A stretch of 64,000 nt of DNA. It comes from Bacillota bacterium (GTDB lineage: Bacteria > Bacillota > UBA4882 > UBA10575). The position numbers and the translations under genes were made by a program. Positions 56,184 to 64,000 of this stretch are shown here, one piece after another (the first letter of the stretch is position 1; each line of letters starts with the position of its first letter). Location of the stretch: NCBI GenBank assembly GCA_012727895.1, contig JAAYGG010000144.1, positions 28,622-92,621 of the forward strand, in the 5' to 3' direction. The notes under the pieces are model-generated. The model searched no databases, was not told the origin of the DNA, and saw only the letters and a list, made by a program, of their open reading frames with translations.

Positions 56184-56804
56184 ATGGATCTCTCCACTCA
56201 CAGATTAATTCTGGCTTCCGCCTCGCCCCGGCGCCGCGAACTTTTGCGGATGCTGGGTTTGGATTTTGAAATCCTGGTGAGTAATGCGGAAGAGTCCAAA
56301 GGGGAACTACCGGATTCCCCCGGGGAACAGGTGATGGAACTGGCTGCCCGGAAAGCCGGGGAAATCGCGGGCTTACACCCGGACGCCCTGGTTATAGCGG
56401 CCGATACCATCGTGGTGGCGGAAAAACAGATCCTGGGTAAGCCCGGGGATGAAGAGGACGCCCGCCGGATGCTCTCCTTCCTTTCCGGGCGGTGGCACGA
56501 GGTGTATACCGGCGTCGCCCTGGTCAAAGCGGCGGAGAAGAAACGACTGGTCGATTATGAGCGGACGAGGGTGAAATTCCGTCCCCTTTCTAGGGAAGAG
56601 ATTGACCGCTACATCCGGTCCGGGGAGCCGATGGACAAGGCCGGGGCCTACGGGATTCAAGGCCTGGGCGCTGTCCTGGTTGAGCGGATTGAGGGGTGTT
56701 ACTTTAATGTTGTCGGGCTTCCTTTAACTAAATTAACTTTGATGTTGAAAGAATTTGACGTGGAGGTTTTGGAGGTGAGCAGTAATGCCCAGAAAGGGCA
56801 TTAA
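56184..56804 (+). CDS. maf: Maf-like nucleotide pyrophosphatase (septum formation protein)
   Basis: LILASASPRRRELL, ADTIV, DKAGAYGIQG. Confidence 0.9.
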   Translation: MDLSTHRLILASASPRRRELLRMLGLDFEILVSNAEESKGELPDSPGEQVMELAARKAGEIAGLHPDALVIAADTIVVAEKQILGKPGDEEDARRMLSFLSGRWHEVYTGVALVKAAEKKRLVDYERTRVKFRPLSREEIDRYIRSGEPMDKAGAYGIQGLGAVLVERIEGCYFNVVGLPLTKLTLMLKEFDVEVLEVSSNAQKGH

Positions 56805-57468
56805 AGACCTGCCCGCCGAGGAACGGCCACGGGAACGTTTGGAAAAATACGGGGCGCAGAGCCTTTCCAACGCCGAACTCTTGGCCATCCTCTTGCGAAC
56901 GGGCACGGCAGGTCTTTCTGCCCTTGATCTGGCAACCACCATTCTTGCTCAGTTTCAAACCTTAGATAAGATTGCGGCGGCGGGAATCGGGGAGTTGTCC
57001 CAGATTAAGGGGTTGGGACAGAGTAAAGCCGTTCAGATACTGGCCGCCTTTGAGCTCGGACGCCGGCTGCAGGCTTCCGAAGCTTTGCAACAGGAACGGT
57101 TGAGTTCACCGGGAAAAGTAGCGGAACTGGTCATGCCCAGATTACGTTTTTTAAATCAAGAGCATTTTTTAGTAATCCACCTTAACACCAAGAACCGGGT
57201 GCTCGCCATTGAAACGATCAGTATGGGGACGCTCGATTCGTCCCTGGTTCATCCCAGAGAGGTTTTCCGGACCGCCATCAAGAACAGCAGCGCTTCCCTG
57301 ATCCTGGTCCACAACCACCCCAGCGGCGAGCCTTACCCCAGCAATGAAGATATAAATATTACCAGAAGGTTGAAGGAGTCCGGGGAACTATTGGGGATCC
57401 CCGTTTTAGACCATATCATCATTGGTGGTAATAAATATATAAGCCTGCGTGAAGAAGGATTATGGTAG
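56785..57468 (+). CDS. radC: RadC-family JAMM domain protein
   Basis: HhH N-terminus (LSNAELLAILLRTG) and JAMM motif HNHPSGEPYPSNEDI. Confidence 0.9.
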   Translation: MPRKGIKDLPAEERPRERLEKYGAQSLSNAELLAILLRTGTAGLSALDLATTILAQFQTLDKIAAAGIGELSQIKGLGQSKAVQILAAFELGRRLQASEALQQERLSSPGKVAELVMPRLRFLNQEHFLVIHLNTKNRVLAIETISMGTLDSSLVHPREVFRTAIKNSSASLILVHNHPSGEPYPSNEDINITRRLKESGELLGIPVLDHIIIGGNKYISLREEGLW

Positions 57469-57601
57469 ACTGCCCGCGAAATAGTCAAAGGGAGGGTGTA
57501 AAAACCCCGGCAGATGTGGTAAGATCTCAAGCCGACTGCGAAAAACCAAACAAACAACGGGCGCGTGCTTTCGGGCATGCGTAAACCGGGGGGAATAGCC
57601 A

Positions 57602-58639
57602 ATGCTTAACCTGCTTTTACGTCGTTTTGTCCGGGATGTTGGTATTGATCTCGGCACCACAACAACGCTTGTTTACGTAAAGGGCCAGGGGATTGTCCTG
57701 CAGGAACCGTCGGTGGTCGCCTTTGGCCGGGACAAGGACGAGATCATCGCCGCCGGCGGTGAAGCCAAGGCCATGCTGGGAAGGACGCCCGCAGGCATTG
57801 TCGCTGTCCGGCCCATGAAAGACGGGGTAATCGCCGACTTTGACATCACCGAAAAGATGTTGCGGTATTTTATAGGCAAGACAATCCGCCGTGTCGGCCT
57901 GCTTGCTCCCCGCGTGGTAATCGGGATCCCTTCCGGAGTTACCGGGGTGGAAAAAAGGGCGGTCATCGATGCCGGCCGTGAGGCTGGGGCCGGTGAGGTT
58001 TTTCTGCTGGAAGAGCCGATGGCGGCGGCGGTGGGCGCTGGCCTGCCGGTACGGGAGGCCGGCGGCAATCTGATTGTGGATATCGGCGGCGGCACAACTG
58101 AAGTAGCCGTTGTTTCCCTGGGCGGGATCGTCACCAGCCGGTCAATAAGGGTGGGCGGCGACGAGATGAATGAAGCAATCAGCCAGTATATCAGGAAACA
58201 GTATAACCTGATGATCGGGGAACAGACAGCGGAGAAGATTAAGATCCAAATCGGGTCCGCCTGTCACTTGCCCCAGGATGAGTTTGCCGACGTAAAAGGA
58301 AGAGACCTGGTTACCGGTTTGCCCAAGGTGGTTACGGTTTCTTCCCGGGAGATCACCGAAGCGCTGGCGGAAACCGTTGAGACCATAGTTGAGGCGGTAC
58401 GGATGACTTTGGAAAGAACACCGCCGGAGCTTGCGGCGGATATTTTGGAACGGGGAATTGTTATGACGGGTGGAGGCTCCCTTCTCCGCGGGTTCGACCG
58501 CCGGCTGCAGGAGGAGACGGGGATGCCCGTTCGTTTGGCCGATGACCCGGAAACCTGTGTCGTCAGAGGGACGGGTTTGGCCTTGGAAACGCTGGATCTT
58601 TTTAATGGCGCGCTAATCTCCAAGCAGAAGGTCAGTTGA
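57602..58639 (+). CDS. mreB: Rod shape-determining protein MreB
   Basis: [14 protein letters not shown], actin-fold phosphate loops, [11 protein letters not shown]. Confidence 0.95.
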   Translation: MLNLLLRRFVRDVGIDLGTTTTLVYVKGQGIVLQEPSVVAFGRDKDEIIAAGGEAKAMLGRTPAGIVAVRPMKDGVIADFDITEKMLRYFIGKTIRRVGLLAPRVVIGIPSGVTGVEKRAVIDAGREAGAGEVFLLEEPMAAAVGAGLPVREAGGNLIVDIGGGTTEVAVVSLGGIVTSRSIRVGGDEMNEAISQYIRKQYNLMIGEQTAEKIKIQIGSACHLPQDEFADVKGRDLVTGLPKVVTVSSREITEALAETVETIVEAVRMTLERTPPELAADILERGIVMTGGGSLLRGFDRRLQEETGMPVRLADDPETCVVRGTGLALETLDLFNGALISKQKVS

Positions 58640-58656
58640 GAAGAGGCGGGGTAATA

Positions 58657-59487
58657 TTGTTGCGACCTTTTACTCAAAAAAAGGCCCTTATTATCCTACT
58701 GGTTGTTGGCTTCCTCTTTATCACCTGGTCAATCTTTTATACATCCCAGGAGAGGACCGAACTTACCTGGGCTGAGTATTTGGTAAGGTGGGTCCTTTTC
58801 CCCTTGCAAAAAGCGGCGAATTCCGTTGTCAGCTTTGCCGTGGATACCTGGGAGGCCATCTGCAGCCTTGCCCGTGTACACCGGGAAAACTATGAACTAC
58901 GGGAAGAGCTGGTCCGGCTTGAGCTGAGGCTGGCCCAATTGGAGGGGTTGAAGGCGGAGAACAACCGCCTCCGCGAAGTGGCCGGTTTCCAAACAGAGAC
59001 AGATCTGCAACTTTTACCTGCAGAAGTAATCGGCCGCAGCCCGAGCCCGTGGATGGAGACGCTGATCATTGATAAAGGCGAGAAAGATGGCCTGGTCAAG
59101 AATATGCCGGTGATCAGCAAGGAAGGGGTAGTGGGCCGTCTATTAAGGGTGGGGCCGAATTCCTCCGAGGTGATCCTGCTCACGGATTCCCGGGACGGGA
59201 ACAGTATGAGCGGGGTTATTGAGCGCACCCGTGATCTGGTTTATATCTACGGGTACAGTACCGGGCGCAAAGGCTATTGCCTGGTCAAACCTTCCGATCT
59301 TGACGTGGATATCCGGGTGGGGGACAGGATTTTAACCTCCGGCGCCAGCCTGCACTTTCCCAGGAATCTCGTGGTCGGAGTGGTGCAGGAGGTCCGGGGC
59401 CACGATGATGTTTTTTCCCGTGAGGCCCTGATGAAACCGGCGGTGAACTTCAGCCGGCTGGAGTATGTTTTTGTCGTCAAGGACTAG
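58657..59487 (+). CDS. mreC: Rod shape-determining protein MreC
   Basis: TM anchor, coiled coil (ENYELREELVRLELRLAQLEGLKAENNRL), beta domains. The frame is open from TTG 58636, but TTG 58657 follows GAGGCGGGG. Confidence 0.85.
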   Translation: MLRPFTQKKALIILLVVGFLFITWSIFYTSQERTELTWAEYLVRWVLFPLQKAANSVVSFAVDTWEAICSLARVHRENYELREELVRLELRLAQLEGLKAENNRLREVAGFQTETDLQLLPAEVIGRSPSPWMETLIIDKGEKDGLVKNMPVISKEGVVGRLLRVGPNSSEVILLTDSRDGNSMSGVIERTRDLVYIYGYSTGRKGYCLVKPSDLDVDIRVGDRILTSGASLHFPRNLVVGVVQEVRGHDDVFSREALMKPAVNFSRLEYVFVVKD

Positions 59488-59526
59488 CCGGTTTTTTACG
59501 GTTAAGGTTCGGAAAGGGAGAAGAGA

Positions 59527-60024
59527 ATGCGGCGGGTACTGGCCATTACCGGGATTTTAATTGCGTCCATAGTTTTGCAGTCAACAATTTTTGCCCGTAT
59601 CAACCTGTTCGGGGTAAGACCCGATCTTATTTTGGTCGTGACCATCTGTTTTGGACTGCTTTACGGGCCTTTTCCCGGGCTTTACCTCGGGCTGGCCGGC
59701 GGGTTTTTGCTGGACCTGGCGGGCGGCGGCATTTTGGGGATTAATGTCCTGACCAAGGCCCTGCTCGGGTACGGCGCCGGTTATGTGGGGAAGACGGTTT
59801 TTAAAGATAATATTTTCATCCCTTTGGCCACTGTGGCCATTGCCACCCTGGCCGGGGAGATTACCGCCTTTCTTTTTTTGACCGCCTTCGGCTGGCAGGG
59901 AAGGTTTTTTAATTATCTTTTCGCCACTGTTTTACCGCTGGTTTTATACCACCTCATCCTGATGGCACCGGTTTATCTTGTTTTCTTGCGCTACCTGAAC
60001 CTACAGGGCAAGGGGAGGATATAA
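59527..60024 (+). CDS. mreD: Rod shape-determining protein MreD
   Basis: 165-aa polytopic membrane protein directly after mreC, with a conserved RPDL segment (VRPDLILVV). Confidence 0.8.
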   Translation: MRRVLAITGILIASIVLQSTIFARINLFGVRPDLILVVTICFGLLYGPFPGLYLGLAGGFLLDLAGGGILGINVLTKALLGYGAGYVGKTVFKDNIFIPLATVAIATLAGEITAFLFLTAFGWQGRFFNYLFATVLPLVLYHLILMAPVYLVFLRYLNLQGKGRI

Positions 60025-60027
60025 GGG

Positions 60028-62310
60028 TTGAAAGAACAGGCCTTGCGCAGATTGGAGCTGAGATTCAGGTTCTTTTTCATCCTGATCATTCTCGTCTTTA
60101 TCGTTCTGCTTGCCCGTCTTTGGTACCTCCAAATTGTGCAAGGGGAGGAGTACTACGCGGCCTCTTTAGGAAATTTTGGCCGCCAGATCCGGATCGCCGC
60201 CCCGCGCGGCAATATCTATGACCGCAACGGCAACCTGCTGGTCTCCAATAGGTTTTCTCATGTGGTTTCCGTTGTCCCCAACGATTTTCTTAAGAACCCG
60301 GAGGCGTTGAGGTTTCTCAGCGATCTCCTGGAGATCCCCGAAACGGAGCTTGTCGCCAGGTTTGAAAAGCTGAAAAGCAGCCAGCGGGAGCAGTATGTTC
60401 CGGTAAAACATGATGTCAGCCCGGAAGTGATCGGCCGCATCCTCGAAGCGCGCCTGGATTTTCCCGGGGTGACGGTGGAACAATACCCTGTCCGCAGTTA
60501 TCCCTTGGGCGAAGTGGCAGCCCACCTTTTTGGGCATATTGGCGAGATCAACCAGGAAGAATTGGCACAAATGCGCGGCTTGGGTTACCGGCTGGGGGAT
60601 CTCGTCGGCAAGATGGGGTTGGAGAAGACATACGAAACCTATCTGCGGGGGACCGACGGCCTCCGGATTCTGCAGGTCGACAGTGTGGGCCAGCACCTGC
60701 AGGTGCTCGATGAGATCGGGTTTGCCCCCGGGCAGAACCTCCACCTGACACTCGATCTGGAATTGCAGTTGGAAGCGGAAAAAGCCTTAAGCGAGCATTT
60801 GGTTTGGCTAAGGGAGAATACGGAATACACGGCGGCCAGCGCCGGGGTGGTAGTGGTGATGGACCCCCGTTCCGGCGCGATTTTGGCCATGGTCAGTTAC
60901 CCCCGGTTTGACCCAAATATCTTTGTGGGCGGGGCCAGCCAGGAGGTGCTGGGAGGGCTTTTGAACGACCCGTTACGGCCCTTTACCAACCGGGTGACCA
61001 GGGAAGGATACATGCCGGGTTCGACCTTTAAGCCGGTTACCGTCATTGCCGCGTTGGAAGAAGGGGTGACCGGTCCCAATCAGAGTTTTGTCTGTAAGGG
61101 TATGGACCGTATCCATGGAGCCCTTTTCAGGTGTTGGAAACAGGAGGGCCATGGCGTTTTGAACCTGGTGGAAGGGTTGGCCCATTCCTGCAACATGGTC
61201 CTGGCGGAACTGGCCAGGGAGGTGGGGCCGGAAGGGATCGCCAAATACGCACGGCTTTTGGGTTTCGGCGCCCCTACCGGCTTGGAGCTTCATCCCCTGG
61301 AACTCAGCGGGCTGATTGGCGACCCTGATTACAAGCGGAAGACACGGGATCCCCGGTGGTATCCCATTGAAACGGTTCACCTTTCGGTGGGGCAGGGGTT
61401 TATCCAGGTGACCCCGATCCAACTGGTCCAGGCCTTTGCCGTGATTGCCAACGGCGGGAAACACTACCAGCCGTGGGTGGTGCAGAGGATTGAGACCGCC
61501 GACGGGCGGGTGATCAAAGAATTCTCCCCCCAGATTACCCGGGAGATTCAACTGAAACCAACCACATGGGAACTGGTCCGTGAAGGCCTGGAGAAAACGG
61601 TCAGTACCGGTACGGCGAGGGGAGCCTTTTGGGGATTCCCCCTTGACCGGATCCCGGTGGCGGGGAAAACAGGAACAGCCCAGATTTACGGGAAAGAGGA
61701 TTACGCCTTTTTTGCCAGTTACGCCCCGGCCGACAACCCGGAATTGGTTATCCTGGTGGCGGTGGAGGAGGGCGGTTCCGGTTCGCTGGGCGCGGCCCCG
61801 GTGGCCCGCCGTTTATACGAGGTCTATTTCGGCCTGAGAAAACCGGCTGCTTCCTCGCGGCAGCAACCGGCGAAAGAAGCCAAAACTCCGGCGGAAAAAA
61901 CTCCGGCGGAAAAAACTCCGGCGGAAAAAACTCCAGCGGAAAAGACGCCGGTGGAGAAGACGCCGGTGGAGAAGGCCCCGGCCCCGGCGGAGAAAAAACC
62001 GGTGGTGAAGGAGACCCCGGCAGAAACGGCGCCGGCAGAAAAAGTCCAGGTGGAAAGGGTCCCGGTAGAGAAAAATCCTGAGGAAAAAGCCCCGGTGGAA
62101 AAGGCTCCTGTAGAAGAAGCCCCGCAGGAACAAACTTTGGTGGAAGAAGCCCCGGGACAAGAGACCCCGGTGGGAGAAGCCCCGCTTAACGAGGTCCCGG
62201 AGGAAGGACCCCTGGGGGAAGAAGGAGTACCGGTGGAGGAACCCCCGGATGCCCCGGTTCAAGAAGTTACAGGGGAAGAAGCACCGGTGGACGAAAATCC
62301 GGTGGGGTAA
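60028..62310 (+). CDS. mrdA: Penicillin-binding protein 2 (elongation transpeptidase) with a C-terminal low-complexity tail of about 157 aa
   Basis: TM anchor, PBP dimerisation domain, SxxK (GSTFKPV), SxN (HSCN), KTG (GKTGTA). The tail starts around nt 61837. Confidence 0.9.
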   Translation: MKEQALRRLELRFRFFFILIILVFIVLLARLWYLQIVQGEEYYAASLGNFGRQIRIAAPRGNIYDRNGNLLVSNRFSHVVSVVPNDFLKNPEALRFLSDLLEIPETELVARFEKLKSSQREQYVPVKHDVSPEVIGRILEARLDFPGVTVEQYPVRSYPLGEVAAHLFGHIGEINQEELAQMRGLGYRLGDLVGKMGLEKTYETYLRGTDGLRILQVDSVGQHLQVLDEIGFAPGQNLHLTLDLELQLEAEKALSEHLVWLRENTEYTAASAGVVVVMDPRSGAILAMVSYPRFDPNIFVGGASQEVLGGLLNDPLRPFTNRVTREGYMPGSTFKPVTVIAALEEGVTGPNQSFVCKGMDRIHGALFRCWKQEGHGVLNLVEGLAHSCNMVLAELAREVGPEGIAKYARLLGFGAPTGLELHPLELSGLIGDPDYKRKTRDPRWYPIETVHLSVGQGFIQVTPIQLVQAFAVIANGGKHYQPWVVQRIETADGRVIKEFSPQITREIQLKPTTWELVREGLEKTVSTGTARGAFWGFPLDRIPVAGKTGTAQIYGKEDYAFFASYAPADNPELVILVAVEEGGSGSLGAAPVARRLYEVYFGLRKPAASSRQQPAKEAKTPAEKTPAEKTPAEKTPAEKTPVEKTPVEKAPAPAEKKPVVKETPAETAPAEKVQVERVPVEKNPEEKAPVEKAPVEEAPQEQTLVEEAPGQETPVGEAPLNEVPEEGPLGEEGVPVEEPPDAPVQEVTGEEAPVDENPVG
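61882..61971 (+). repeat. Six in-frame 15-nt tandem repeats (AAAACTCCGGCGGAA type) inside the mrdA tail
   Basis: Three identical units at 61882-61926, one with a single substitution at 61927-61941, and two identical AAGACGCCGGTGGAG units at 61942-61971. They encode (K)TPAE/(K)TPVE pentapeptides. Confidence 0.95.
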
Positions 62311-62355
62311 AGCCCGTTTAGGGAGATATAAATTCTATTTGCGGAGTGGTGAAAA

Positions 62356-63489
62356 TTGTGGGATCGCCGGCTATTGCGCAACCTTGATTACCAGCTTCTC
62401 CTCATAGTCGCGCTGCTGGTCGCCATAGGGCTACTGACGGTTTACAGCGCCACCCGGTCCAATATTGCCCTGGACTATGGCGATCCCTCCTTCTTTCTAA
62501 AAAAACAACTGGCCTCGGTTGTCCTTGGTGTTTTGGGCATGGCCTTTGTTATTTTCTTTGACTACCGCCTTTCGGATCTGGCCGCCCACTTGATTTACCT
62601 GATCAACCTGGGCCTTTTAACTCTGGTCTTGTTTTTTGGTTCGGAAGTCAGCGGCGCCAAAGCCTGGCTCAATTTTGGCGTCTTTTCCCTGCAACCGGCA
62701 GAGTTGTCCAAGTTGTTCCTCATCTTGACCCTGGCCAAATTCTTATCGGAGAAAGATATAAATACCCCAAAGAGGCTGGGTCTCGCCTTTTTGCACCTCC
62801 TGCCGCCCCTCGCCCTCATTTTGTTACAGCCGGATTTTGGCACGGCCATGGTTTTTGTTTTCTTCTTCTTTGTCATGTTGTTCATGGCCGGACTGAAAAT
62901 CCGTTACTTCATCTGGATCCTGGTGGTCGTCTTGATCCTGGCGGCGGCGATGGGTATTGCCCACTTCGTCTTTGACGTGCCGCTCCCGATTAAAGATTAC
63001 CAGATCAACCGGCTGCTGGTTTTTATTGATCCCGGTCGCGACCCGGCAGGCGCCGGGTGGAGCGTCCGCCAGGCCGTGATTGCCGTGGGTTCGGGCCGGT
63101 TCTTCGGCAAGGGCCTCTTCCAGAATACCCAGGGACAACTGGGCTTTTTGCCGGAAAAGCATACCGACTTCATTTTTGGGGTCTTCTGCGAAGAGTGGGG
63201 GTTTTTTGGCGCCTTCATCCTCCTGGGGCTCTACTTCTTTCTCATCTGGCGTAGCCTGCGCATTGCCCAGCAGGCCAAAGAGAAATACGGCGCCCTGGTG
63301 GCGGTGGGGGTCATGGCCGTCTTCCTCGTCCATGTCCTGGAGAATATCGGGATGAATATGCAGATCATGCCGGTGACCGGAATCCCCCTGCCGTTTATCA
63401 GCTACGGGGGGAGCGCGATGACGGTTAACCTCATTTTCATCGGCTTGTTGGAGAGCATCTGGGTAAGAAGGCAGAAGATCCTGTTTTAA
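62356..63489 (+). CDS. rodA: Peptidoglycan glycosyltransferase RodA (SEDS family)
   Basis: Protein of about 10 TM helices, LQPAELSKLFLIL, PDFGTA, DFIF, PLPFISYGGS motifs. Confidence 0.92.
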   Translation: MWDRRLLRNLDYQLLLIVALLVAIGLLTVYSATRSNIALDYGDPSFFLKKQLASVVLGVLGMAFVIFFDYRLSDLAAHLIYLINLGLLTLVLFFGSEVSGAKAWLNFGVFSLQPAELSKLFLILTLAKFLSEKDINTPKRLGLAFLHLLPPLALILLQPDFGTAMVFVFFFFVMLFMAGLKIRYFIWILVVVLILAAAMGIAHFVFDVPLPIKDYQINRLLVFIDPGRDPAGAGWSVRQAVIAVGSGRFFGKGLFQNTQGQLGFLPEKHTDFIFGVFCEEWGFFGAFILLGLYFFLIWRSLRIAQQAKEKYGALVAVGVMAVFLVHVLENIGMNMQIMPVTGIPLPFISYGGSAMTVNLIFIGLLESIWVRRQKILF

Positions 63490-63606
63490 ACCGGAAACCT
63501 GTTACCGGCTTAAACACTGTTTAGCAGGGTAACACGGGATTGTGAAGGGTCTGTTCATGGAGAATCAAATATTGGGAAGCGGAAGGTAGAGGTGGAATAG
63601 AAAAAA

Positions 63607-63640
63607 ACCCGGCCGGGGAATTCCCGGCCGGGTTTTTATT
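63607..63640. terminator. Bidirectional intrinsic terminator
   Basis: 11-bp perfect stem ACCCGGCCGGG / CCCGGCCGGGT with a 5-nt loop, flanked by A7 upstream and T-runs downstream. It sits between convergent rodA and the minus-strand gene. Confidence 0.85.
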
Positions 63641-63646
63641 TTTTCC

Positions 63647-64000
63647 TTACTGCCGCCGCATCCTGAAGGGCAGGTGCAGGTTACAGGAGAAGGTCGGTTC
63701 TTCGCCCTTGGTAAATGTCTGGGTGACCACTTTTTCCGGCGGGCAGAAGGGTGTGGCCAAAAGCCCCGATTCCGTACAGATCTTCACCACTACCTGCTCA
63801 TCCTTACCGTGAATTGCACATTTTTCCTGCGGCATGGGGGTGCCGTCCCAGATCTCCATGCCCGTTGAGACCCAGTAATTCTTGTACACCACCCGTTCCG
63901 GCGGGCAATGCTCTGTTGCCAGTTGCCCGGAGTCCAGGCAGATCTGGAGCGAAGTGATACTGGGCAGATCCGGCGTGGTATGGAGCGGGCAGACTTCCTG
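63647..64000 (-). CDS. C-terminal fragment of a protein with repeated Cys-pair modules (possibly the C-terminus of a class A PBP or other cell-wall protein)
   Basis: The minus-strand frame is open from the window edge to TAA (complement 63647-63649), with no stop upstream of the GTG listed in the ORF track. It contains ICLDSGQLATEHCPPERVV and ICTESGLLATPFCPPEKVV modules. The product guess rests only on recollection of similar tails. Confidence 0.35.
   Translation of the reverse strand, partial: QEVCPLHTTPDLPSITSLQICLDSGQLATEHCPPERVVYKNYWVSTGMEIWDGTPMPQEKCAIHGKDEQVVVKICTESGLLATPFCPPEKVVTQTFTKGEEPTFSCNLHLPFRMRRQ

Noticed and set aside
61882-61971. Tandem 15-nt repeats as a possible CRISPR or minisatellite locus.
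   Set aside because: The units are contiguous with no spacers, in frame, and inside the mrdA ORF. They are reported as a coding low-complexity repeat instead.

Overview
This is a GC-rich (roughly 55-60% G+C by eye) chromosomal core region of an endospore-forming, Clostridia-like Firmicute. Supporting genes are spoIIM, spoIVA, PdaB/YlxY-type deacetylases and an Rnf complex. Nearly all genes are on the + strand and follow classic Firmicute housekeeping blocks: nudix-spoIIM-xerD; tldD-pmbA; murD; accD-accA-pfkA-pyk; M16 peptidase-dut-der-plsY-gpsA-spoIVA-hup; lepB; hisS-aspS-6S RNA-MTHFS; secA-prfB (programmed +1 frameshift); T-box-valS; ylxM-ffh-rpsP-ylqC-rimM-trmD-rplS-lepB; pdp; rnfCDGEAB; maf-radC-mreBCD-mrdA-rodA. 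I found no CRISPR array, tRNA/rRNA, transposase or phage genes, and no recognisable defence or toxin-antitoxin module. I therefore judge it an ordinary core window, not an accessory island, and I did not find a convincing new multi-gene system. Five things are left unexplained by the gene list. (1) A 667-bp ORF-free, strongly self-complementary GC-rich island lies between pmbA and murD. (2) A diverged dispersed repeat has three copies, one inside the rnf operon. (3) Long alternating purine-pyrimidine tracts with a GCGCGTAC core occur in spacers. (4) A promoter plus triple-repeat leader precedes secA. (5) An envelope cluster (DUF2993, LpxB homologue, two CE4 deacetylases, a small secreted protein with an outer-membrane-type beta-signal) is odd for a presumed monoderm spore former. 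Start codons and RNA ends were chosen by eye (RBS, family N-termini) and may be off by a few codons or about 10 nt.
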